Shown piece by piece: positions 57,027 through 64,000 of a DNA stretch of 64,000 nucleotides. A model generated the notes under the pieces. The model did no database searches, was not told the origin of the DNA, and worked only from the letters and a program-made list of their open reading frames with translations. Location of the stretch: the sequence record KC801932; one strand, given 5' to 3'. Origin of the DNA: Escherichia phage Lw1. Numbering within the stretch: position 1 is the first letter of the stretch; each line of letters begins with the position of its first letter. The position numbers were made by a program, and so were the translations under genes.

Positions 57027-59495
57027 ATGGCAGATTTAAAAACGGGTACTACCATAGGCGGTAATACTATCTGGAGTCAGGCGAATTTACCCTTACTCAC
57101 TAACGGAAACACATTAACGTATAAAGGCTTTAAAGTCTATACTGAAAACGACAAACCAACGAAAGCCGAAATCGGTCTGGGTAACGTAACAAACGATGCA
57201 CAGGTTAAAAAGTCCGGCGATGAAATGACAGGAGATTTGACGTTAAAGAATAACTCGCAACTTACCGTCCCTCGCTGTATTAACCTGGTATCAGACACAA
57301 CCAATTTAGCCCCTTGGTTATTAACGACTCGTTCAGATAATAACGCGGTTACAGATCCGTTTCCATCACAGCATACACGTACATTTACGTTGTTCATCAA
57401 TACGAAGTCAAATACTTCTGATCCTGGTGGTGGCGCAAACCTTGCTGCTCTATTATCACATCAGGCAACTACTGGGGCTGGTTCTATCGAACTGCAAGCA
57501 TACGATGCACCAAACAAGACAACTGGCGCTACGGGCATTCTACGCGCTCAGATTGGGCTTAATGGTTGGGATGGTTCAATTAACCTTGCCGGTGCTTCGT
57601 TAAACGTTGGAATGACAACGACAATTAACTCTAATTTATACGCGAATGAACTCATTTCGAAAGGGGCAGGAAACCGTAACGTAACTATGCAAGACACAAA
57701 CGGCAACGAACTAGCTATGCTGTTTGCAGATACGGGTAAGAACCTGTATGTTCGTACTGGTGGTTCATATGTATCTCGTTTCGCTGCTGATGGCACTCTT
57801 ATTCTGGCTAACGGCTTGACTGTTCCGCGTCAGGTATTTGTTAACGGTGCTTCACTTCCAGTGAACAATGGTCAAGTTCGACTTGATACAAGCGCTGATG
57901 GAAACGCTGTTGGTGACGGTGCAACGCATCTTGGTATGAAATTAGAAGATGGGAAATATTATCATTATTTCCGTGGTGCTGGTGTGATGTACATTGACAT
58001 GAAAGGTGGAATATCTTCTTCAACCCCGTTGTATATGAATGGAGTTGATCAAGCAATACCTAAAGTTGAAATGCTATCTACTGGTGCTGCTGGTGCTAAA
58101 AACTTTTTGCGGCGGTTTCGTGGTGGTCTTCCTGATATTATATGGCATGAAACTGTTCAGGGTGGTGATTACCGATTAGCAATAGGGGATACCGATGCGG
58201 ATTATCAGTTAAGAATTAGTGCTGATGGTGCTAATAGAGGTGGTTATGTATTTGGTGGTACGTTTACGGCTGATCGCGGTAATGATGGATTCAAGATCCG
58301 TTATAAACCTGATACTGAATCAGCAATGTTCCAGATCTGGAACAGGGATACATCAGTATTGAACTCTTATTTCGGATACGGGTCAAGTAATCAGGCAACA
58401 GTTAACCTGTATAACCGTTTAGGTGATATTGGCGTTTCTACTCCAAACGCGGCGTTCCGTCTGGATAATACTACGTTAACTCTTGGTAACTCTTCATCTG
58501 CGGAAGCCAGTCAACGTGCGTTTACTATCAGGAACTGGGGAAACAACTCGGCGGGTGGATACCGTGCTGCTGTACTTGAAGTTGGTGACGGCACAAGTTA
58601 TCACTTTTATAGCCAACGCCGTTCTGATAACTTAGTCGAAATTGCATTTGTTGGCGATGCTTATGTCAATGGGACTACATTTCTACAGAATAACGCGCGT
58701 GTTCGTGGCAGTGACGGTATTTCTATCGAAGCGGATACAAACTGTCATGTGTGGTTTAGAACCGCTGGCGGTGCGGAAAAAGCAGTATTATATGCAGAGA
58801 ATAACGGCAGCGTAAAACTTCGTACATCAAACCAGCAATATTCTCTTACGATCGCTGACGGCATGATCCTCGCTACTGGACAACAGACAACTGGAGACAC
58901 TAGAGGGTTAATCCGTGGTGCTGTTACTGGTGGTGCGTTTGTCGCATGGCGCGATCGTCCTGCTGGTTTGCTGCTGGATTGTCCTGATTCACGAAATCTA
59001 GCATACGCTATTTGGAAAGCTACTCATTGGGGTGAACAACATATCGCATCAATGGATGTCCATGCGGGTGGCGGCAATCCAGTGGTAATTATGCACGTTG
59101 GTGGCGGTGAATTTACCTTTAACAACGTTGGTTACTTTAGCACTAACGGCGCTATGTATGCAGGTGGAAACGGCGATTTTAACGATGTCTATATTCGTTC
59201 TGATATCAGACTGAAATCTAACCTGGTTGAACTGAAAGATGCACTGAGTAAAGTTGAACAGCTTAAAGGTTATATCTATGATAAGAAACAGAAAATCGAA
59301 GATGAAGAACCACAGCATCGTGAAGCGGGTATTATTGCTCAGGATCTTCAAAAGGTTTTACCGGAAGCAGTAAGAGAAAACGAAGAAACCGGAATGTTGA
59401 CGATCTCCCCGTCAAGTGTTAACGCGCTTCTGATTACGGCAATCAATGAATTGCGTGAACGTCTGGAAGCAATCGAACGGAAAATAGGGGCGTAA
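57027..59495 (+). CDS. distal tail fibre protein B (gp36/gp37-like) with C-terminal intramolecular chaperone (peptidase S74-type) domain
   Basis: 822 aa; N-terminus MADLKTGTTIGGNTIWSQANLPL...TYKGFKVYTENDKPT parallels T4 gp36 N-terminus (MADLKVGSTTGGSVIW...YKSFKIYSEYNKP); internal FRGG...WHETVQ joint motif shared with gp34; C-terminus YIRSDIRLKSNL...EAGIIAQDLQKVLPEAV. Confidence 0.8.
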   Translation: MADLKTGTTIGGNTIWSQANLPLLTNGNTLTYKGFKVYTENDKPTKAEIGLGNVTNDAQVKKSGDEMTGDLTLKNNSQLTVPRCINLVSDTTNLAPWLLTTRSDNNAVTDPFPSQHTRTFTLFINTKSNTSDPGGGANLAALLSHQATTGAGSIELQAYDAPNKTTGATGILRAQIGLNGWDGSINLAGASLNVGMTTTINSNLYANELISKGAGNRNVTMQDTNGNELAMLFADTGKNLYVRTGGSYVSRFAADGTLILANGLTVPRQVFVNGASLPVNNGQVRLDTSADGNAVGDGATHLGMKLEDGKYYHYFRGAGVMYIDMKGGISSSTPLYMNGVDQAIPKVEMLSTGAAGAKNFLRRFRGGLPDIIWHETVQGGDYRLAIGDTDADYQLRISADGANRGGYVFGGTFTADRGNDGFKIRYKPDTESAMFQIWNRDTSVLNSYFGYGSSNQATVNLYNRLGDIGVSTPNAAFRLDNTTLTLGNSSSAEASQRAFTIRNWGNNSAGGYRAAVLEVGDGTSYHFYSQRRSDNLVEIAFVGDAYVNGTTFLQNNARVRGSDGISIEADTNCHVWFRTAGGAEKAVLYAENNGSVKLRTSNQQYSLTIADGMILATGQQTTGDTRGLIRGAVTGGAFVAWRDRPAGLLLDCPDSRNLAYAIWKATHWGEQHIASMDVHAGGGNPVVIMHVGGGEFTFNNVGYFSTNGAMYAGGNGDFNDVYIRSDIRLKSNLVELKDALSKVEQLKGYIYDKKQKIEDEEPQHREAGIIAQDLQKVLPEAVRENEETGMLTISPSSVNALLITAINELRERLEAIERKIGA

Positions 59496-59520
59496 TGCCC
59501 CTCTTTAAAGAGGTAAAATT

Positions 59521-60045
59521 ATGGCAATTGTTGGAGTACCCGGATGGATCGGGTCGTCTGCGGTAGCAGAAACAGGACAGCGTTGGATGTCTGCGGCTGG
59601 TAGTGCTGTTCGTATTGGTGCGCCATTATGGATGTCGCAAATGGCAAACCAATCAGTATATAACATTTCCATTCCGATTTTTGAACGTTATTATAATGGT
59701 ATTCGTTATCGTGGGTGTTGGGGGACGGGTTGGAACTTCCCATATTCTAAACCTGGTTGGAACGCTACTCCTGGTGGTAGTTTTAACGGGCTGGCTTACG
59801 GGACTTGTGTTGCAGTGCAAAAACATCTCGATGGCGAATATAGCGTATTAACTATTCAAAACGGTCCTGCTGCAAACTTCCGACTCACTACTGATGACGG
59901 CGCGGTGTTCAACTTCGTTGATACCGGACGATATGACGCTGGTTATAGAAACTACAAAATCGATCCGACTCAACATTTTGTATGGTTCGAATATCTTAAC
60001 GCTCGTGTAGGACAAACAAGGCAAGGATTGGTAGCTATAAGATAA
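59521..60045 (+). CDS. 38: gp38-like protein (N-terminal fibre-tip attachment domain only)
   Basis: 174 aa; N-terminus MAIVGVPGWIGSSAVAETGQRWMS closely matches the recalled N-terminus of T2-type gp38 adhesins (MAVVGVPGWIGSSAVNETGQRWMS); lacks the long glycine-rich receptor-binding segment. Confidence 0.6.
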   Translation: MAIVGVPGWIGSSAVAETGQRWMSAAGSAVRIGAPLWMSQMANQSVYNISIPIFERYYNGIRYRGCWGTGWNFPYSKPGWNATPGGSFNGLAYGTCVAVQKHLDGEYSVLTIQNGPAANFRLTTDDGAVFNFVDTGRYDAGYRNYKIDPTQHFVWFEYLNARVGQTRQGLVAIR

Positions 60046-60093
60046 ATCTAAATATGATCGGGGGGTTGGGAATCCCCCGAATGAGGGTATAAA

Positions 60094-60735
60094 ATGGCGC
60101 TATTACAAGATAAATTGGCGGTGCTTGAACGGGTAATATCGTTCATCATGGCAGTCAAAACATGGAAACAACTTTTCATTAAATTGGTTCTTATCGTTAC
60201 TATATTCATTATGTTTGTTACGTGGTACAAGTGGGATGACTTATTCGCAGTCTGGAAATCATCGAGCGTCATAGACGTTCCGACGATGGAGGTTGAAAAA
60301 GCAAAAAAGTTTGAATCCGCATCCATTGAACAGTTAAACATAGTGCATTTAACTACGGGTGCGGATTTTTCGGCAGTCTTTGGGTTCAGACCTAAGAATG
60401 TTAATTATTTTGTTGATATAATTGCGTATGAAGGGAAGTTACCACACCAGATAAATCCGAAAAATTTGGGGGGCTATCCTATAGACAAAACATCGGAAGA
60501 ATACAACAGACATATAAACGGGCTGTACTACGTTTCACACGTCGCCAGCCCGTATCTTCCGACCAAAGATCTTGTTCCGGTTGCCTATACCTTTAGTTGT
60601 CCTTACTTCAATCTCGAAAACTACTATTCAGGATCAATCTTAATGGAATGGTATAAGCAGAAGCCCGAAGTCACCGATATGAAGTTAATGATCGTGTGCA
60701 ATCAGGCCGCTAGAATTTTAGGCAGGATTCGATGA
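60094..60735 (+). CDS. t: holin T
   Basis: 213 aa; one N-terminal transmembrane segment; EQL.IVH..... ADFSAV..FRPKN.NYFVDIIAYEGKLP, CPYFNL.N.Y.G and CNQAARILGR match recalled T4 holin T. Confidence 0.88.
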   Translation: MALLQDKLAVLERVISFIMAVKTWKQLFIKLVLIVTIFIMFVTWYKWDDLFAVWKSSSVIDVPTMEVEKAKKFESASIEQLNIVHLTTGADFSAVFGFRPKNVNYFVDIIAYEGKLPHQINPKNLGGYPIDKTSEEYNRHINGLYYVSHVASPYLPTKDLVPVAYTFSCPYFNLENYYSGSILMEWYKQKPEVTDMKLMIVCNQAARILGRIR

Positions 60736-60990
60736 TAATTTCAGTTTTTTACTCAAAGCCCGACTGATGAAGTTTTTAATCTTCGTCATCGGGCTTTTGT
60801 CGTATATTTCCCATACCCGCATAAGCTCGTAAGGTGTCGGAACGTATTCATCGTTCCAGTATCCCACGTTCCCTATCGTAATGCGCCGGAAACCAGCCTC
60901 TGCGTTGTAATATACAAAGAACCCAGCCTTGCCTACAGGGGATACCTTAAAACCCCGTGTAGCGGCTTTCATTGCCTCTTCGTGTGTCAT
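60718..60990 (-). CDS. hypothetical protein
   Basis: 90 aa from ATG at 60990, which overlaps the upstream stop (ATGA coupling); the track ORF extends to 61062. Confidence 0.45.
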   Translation of the reverse strand: MTHEEAMKAATRGFKVSPVGKAGFFVYYNAEAGFRRITIGNVGYWNDEYVPTPYELMRVWEIYDKSPMTKIKNFISRALSKKLKLSSNPA

Positions 60991-61277
60991 CACGCATCCC
61001 CGCACCACTGGTTGATATGGAACCGGACACCATATGCTTCCATTTCTATAAAATGTAGACAATGCAACCCGTCATGATGATCCTGTTCTGCAACTATATC
61101 CCAGTCGGTTGCCTTTTGTTCTTCAACACTGGCAATGAATACCTGGTTGATTTCAACTTTGCGATGTGACCGACGAATGATCGTATCTCCTTCACGGAAA
61201 ACGATCATATCTGGAACCGTTGGACGGTACGCGGTTTTACCCGCGCACACTACATTTAACATTTCTTCATAAGTCAT
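60990..61277 (-). CDS. hypothetical protein
   Basis: 95 aa; translationally coupled to neighbours. Confidence 0.45.
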   Translation of the reverse strand: MTYEEMLNVVCAGKTAYRPTVPDMIVFREGDTIIRRSHRKVEINQVFIASVEEQKATDWDIVAEQDHHDGLHCLHFIEMEAYGVRFHINQWCGDA

Positions 61278-62065
61278 TCTAATACCTTTACTCGCTGAAC
61301 GATTGTTTGTTTAACTTCTTTGTATTCGTTGTGAAGTTTAGGGGTAGCTTTGAATTTAATCATATCACCCTCTTCAACAATTTTGTTACCGTAGTAGATA
61401 ACCACGTTACCACCTACGTTAATTTTGGTCATGAATCTTTCTACTTCGGTATAGTAAGAAACTTGGGTGTATCCGAGAGAAACAACTTTCTCAACAACCC
61501 CGCTCATTTCCATACGCTTACCGATTACCCCGATGTGCTGTGCTGATGCAATCTTTGCCTGACGCTCTGCTTCCCATTCTGCGCGGATTTCTTCACGTTT
61601 AGCGATGTAATCCTTATCCAACGCAACACCCATACAGTAAGCGCATACAGCCTGGAATACTGGGTGATCGTTACCGTTTTCTTTGCACTGATCAGCCCAC
61701 CACAGAATCGTATACATCGGCATATCTGCAATCACTTCGCCTTTACGCTTACCGATCGGCATGATGCCTTGCTCCAACAGTTCCAGATTTTCGGTATCCT
61801 GTACAGACAGTTTACCGCGACGTTCGAACAGATCGAAATCTGCGAAGCCCTGGAACACCATCTGGAAAGTATCGGTTTGGTTCAGACGATCCACCATGCG
61901 ATCGAAGTATTCACGCGCTTTCGCTTCCGCTTTATCTGGGTCAGTAGACAGGTTGCAGATATAGTTATCAGAAGTGAAATCACCCCCGCGACGTTCTACA
62001 CGCAGAGTGTACATAGCGTTTTTAGCGCCAGAAGAAATGAAGTAAGTAGCGGTAACTTTAGTCAT
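61274..62065 (-). CDS. hypothetical protein
   Basis: 263 aa from ATG at 62065 with GGAG 7 nt upstream; the track ORF extends to 62104. Confidence 0.5.
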   Translation of the reverse strand: MTKVTATYFISSGAKNAMYTLRVERRGGDFTSDNYICNLSTDPDKAEAKAREYFDRMVDRLNQTDTFQMVFQGFADFDLFERRGKLSVQDTENLELLEQGIMPIGKRKGEVIADMPMYTILWWADQCKENGNDHPVFQAVCAYCMGVALDKDYIAKREEIRAEWEAERQAKIASAQHIGVIGKRMEMSGVVEKVVSLGYTQVSYYTEVERFMTKINVGGNVVIYYGNKIVEEGDMIKFKATPKLHNEYKEVKQTIVQRVKVLE

Positions 62066-62145
62066 GGTGAATCTCCTTTGAACGTTTCGTTTCGACAAGG
62101 CCAATATAGCAAAAGCCCCCGACCGAAGTCAAGGGCTTTTTAAAA

Positions 62146-62307
62146 TTACAGGAAGAAACCTGTTCGAACCACTAAATCAATTGGTTTCATCGGGAAGAAA
62201 GGGGAACTTCCATCGATCCCGCATTTATCAAAAATGCCTACAAGCTCATGAGGAATACCGGATTCACGCGCCCATTCCAGATTGTCATCTGTACGCGGCC
62301 CCAACAT
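62146..62307 (-). CDS. small hypothetical protein (53 aa)
   Basis: ATG at 62307; below the track cutoff; immediately downstream of ORF 62322-62474 in another frame. Confidence 0.3.
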   Translation of the reverse strand: MLGPRTDDNLEWARESGIPHELVGIFDKCGIDGSSPFFPMKPIDLVVRTGFFL

Positions 62308-62321
62308 CAGGTTTATTGTGT

Positions 62322-62474
62322 CTACCGCTTTATCTTGTTCTGGGTATTATTACCCCCATTTACGTAGTGACCGTGTGCGGTTTTCAGAATTTCGACCATG
62401 TCGTCGGTTGCTTCAACCAGAAAAAGTCTGGTATTTTCTGGGATTTCCTCAAATATAATCAAAGCGGTTTTCAT
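62322..62474 (-). CDS. small hypothetical protein (50 aa)
   Basis: ATG at 62474 with AAAGG upstream; shorter version of track ORF 62322-62561. Confidence 0.3.
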   Translation of the reverse strand: MKTALIIFEEIPENTRLFLVEATDDMVEILKTAHGHYVNGGNNTQNKIKR

Positions 62475-62579
62475 CACACTTACCTTTATGTTTTTGTTTA
62501 CGTTTTGCTTCTTTAGATACTCGCTTGCGGTCGGCGTGAGTAGAAGCGCGGTTAAAATCATGTTTCTTTACCAGGTTGT

Positions 62580-62816
62580 TTATCGAGGATATAACACGAC
62601 ATGGTTTTGAATACTGACTTCGCCTTGCAATTTAATAATACTCAGACTATCACGTCCTTTAACCATTCTGTACTTTTCAGGAACAACACGGTCAATTTCT
62701 TTTTTAACAGAATCGAGTATTTCGTAGTCATTCACTTCTGACGATACAGGGTTTACAGAAACAGAAGATAGTGCTACACGTTGACGAGAGTCGTAATATG
62801 AAGAAATGATAAACAT
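62580..62816 (-). CDS. hypothetical protein
   Basis: 78 aa; GGAA upstream of the ATG. Confidence 0.4.
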   Translation of the reverse strand: MFIISSYYDSRQRVALSSVSVNPVSSEVNDYEILDSVKKEIDRVVPEKYRMVKGRDSLSIIKLQGEVSIQNHVVLYPR

Positions 62817-62854
62817 AAATTTCCTTAATGGGGCTTTTCAGCCCCCAGTTTTAG

Positions 62855-63118
62855 TTAATCCAGCAGTTTGCGGATCTTGTCTGCAATGCGTCCGGCACGG
62901 GTTGCGCTTTCGGTATGGTCGCTTTCTTTGGTAGCCAGTTCAGCCAGGCGGCGCTGATGTTCTTCTTCCGCTGCTTTGCGGTCTGCTGCAACCTGTGCAA
63001 CCTGATCGTTGTCGTGTTGAATACGCGCTTCCAGTTCGGTCAGAGTTTTGTCGAACGTTGCAACGATTTCATCAACAGAGCGGATTTTAGAAGAAAAAGG
63101 ATTCAGTTTCATATTCAT
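62855..63118 (-). CDS. hypothetical coiled-coil protein
   Basis: 87 aa; charged alanine/glutamate-rich helix. Confidence 0.45.
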   Translation of the reverse strand: MNMKLNPFSSKIRSVDEIVATFDKTLTELEARIQHDNDQVAQVAADRKAAEEEHQRRLAELATKESDHTESATRAGRIADKIRKLLD

Positions 63119-63126
63119 AGTCTCAA

Positions 63127-63567
63127 TTAGTATGGTTGGAATTCAAAGTCAAACAGATCATTTAAAGCACGGTTGTATTCAGTGTAGTTCTCACCATCAC
63201 CGAAACGCATTTGAATCGCGCTTTCCGCTATTGTACCAGTAAGATTCGAGAAACCAAAGAGGTTTTTAATCTTATCGTGTGCAACGAAGTACAGAGAAGC
63301 ACTATCCAGCAACGCAACCATCGCAGACGGTTCGTGCTCGCGGCGTTTAATACGTAACAGGGTACGATTTGCGCCAGTCTTGCGGCGTTGATTCGGTGCT
63401 ACGTAGAAACGAAATACTACTTTGCCCGTTTTATCATCAACTACCAGGTAGAAACCGTGTTCTTTCAGGTCAACCCCTTCGAACTTGGTGAACTCACCGC
63501 GTTTCATGTCACCTATCTTAACAGCATATTTGTGGATGTCAAGCCTTGTCAGAATTCTTTTCGTCAT
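63127..63567 (-). CDS. ndd: nucleoid disruption protein Ndd
   Basis: 146 aa; FYLVVDDKTGK..FRFYVAPNQRRKTG and C-terminal LNDLFDFEFQPY parallel recalled T4 Ndd (FYFLVSKLDGRPF..ARFYVGNQRSKQG ... LADNFKFVLQAY). Confidence 0.7.
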   Translation of the reverse strand: MTKRILTRLDIHKYAVKIGDMKRGEFTKFEGVDLKEHGFYLVVDDKTGKVVFRFYVAPNQRRKTGANRTLLRIKRREHEPSAMVALLDSASLYFVAHDKIKNLFGFSNLTGTIAESAIQMRFGDGENYTEYNRALNDLFDFEFQPY

Positions 63568-63961
63568 TTTCTTTTACCAGTTTATTTCCGAATTTGGTGT
63601 TCACACCAGTTTTTGCATTAACGGTCAGCATAACCAGGACAATTGGTGATGATACCAGCAGGATCACAACACCAAAAAACAGACGTATCAAACGTATGGA
63701 TAACGTACCCAGCCACACAAGAGATTTTTCAACCCAGCGATTAACCGTTCCGAGTACCAGCATAACATATGCCATATTAAATGCAAGTGCTACTGCGATA
63801 TATCCGTAAGGTTTTTTGAAATAAGTTTGTTTTCCGTCTTCTGAATGTCCAGCAAGAGGGTTTCCACCGTTCCAGAGGTCTTTAGAATCTTCCAGCGCAC
63901 GTTTACCACGATCAATATATTCCCAGTAATCGGGAACGCCTTGCAGTAATTTCATAATCAA
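63539..63961 (-). CDS. hypothetical membrane protein
   Basis: 140 aa; two to three hydrophobic segments (YIAVALAFNMAYVMLVLG, VVILLVSSPIVLVMLTV). Confidence 0.5.
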   Translation of the reverse strand: MIMKLLQGVPDYWEYIDRGKRALEDSKDLWNGGNPLAGHSEDGKQTYFKKPYGYIAVALAFNMAYVMLVLGTVNRWVEKSLVWLGTLSIRLIRLFFGVVILLVSSPIVLVMLTVNAKTGVNTKFGNKLVKENDEKNSDKA

Positions 63962-64000
63962 ATCCTATGCGCCTGAATCGCTCCAGGCGCTGTTGTTGGG

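Noticed and set aside
60058-60094. Stem-loop TCGGGGG...CCCCCGA followed by GTATAAAATG before holin t
   Set aside because: No T-run after the hairpin, so not a canonical terminator; TATAAAAT is one mismatch from the late-promoter core and abuts the start codon; function unclear
60745-60790. Long hairpin AGCCCGACTGATGAAG...CTTCGTCATCGGGCT containing CTGATGA, checked as a possible hammerhead ribozyme
   Set aside because: Lacks the GAAA element and helix arrangement of a hammerhead; more simply a terminator-like hairpin for holin t that overlaps the 3' end of the convergent minus-strand ORF

Overview
This window is a contiguous segment of a T4-like myovirus genome (Straboviridae / Tevenvirinae type). 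The call rests on recognisable protein similarity, recalled from memory rather than searched, to T4 gp23, gp17, gp18, gp20, gp8-gp15, UvsY, UvsW, Rnl2, NrdD, Dam and holin T, and on T4 gene order. Layout: 1-23408 is a forward-strand late structural block (baseplate wedge 7-11, short tail fibre 12, fibritin, neck 13/14, tail completion 15, terminase 16/17, sheath 18, tube 19, portal 20, prohead core 67/68, protease 21, scaffold 22, major capsid 23, vertex 24). 23409-24790 holds a palindromic promoter region, uvsY with small ORFs, and a 330-bp structured non-coding stretch. 24791-38084 holds uvsW/uvsW.1 on the minus strand and an accessory region of small ORFs that includes two HAD-family phosphatases, an NMP-kinase-like protein, RNA ligase 2 and a NadV-type nicotinamide phosphoribosyltransferase. 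38081-47578 is a nucleotide-metabolism block (dam, nrdC, endonuclease VII, nrdD, nrdG, nrdH) with a six-ORF insertion between nrdD and nrdG. 49370-60735 is the long-tail-fibre locus (gp34, gp35, two tandem paralogous distal-fibre genes with C-terminal intramolecular chaperone domains, a short gp38-like protein) plus holin t. 60718-63961 carries minus-strand early genes including ndd. No tRNA, rRNA, CRISPR array or transposon was seen. The most noteworthy items are: an apparent one-base frameshift in a G5 run at the start of the first distal-fibre gene; the tandem self-chaperoning fibre genes; a fibritin ending in three Ig-like repeats; an endonuclease-like gene inserted between genes 14 and 15; a NadV NAD-salvage gene with no partner NMNAT in the window; a PspA-like coiled-coil protein inside the nrdD-nrdG insertion; and the palindromic element upstream of uvsY. 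All homology statements are from reading the sequence and translations; no database search was run.
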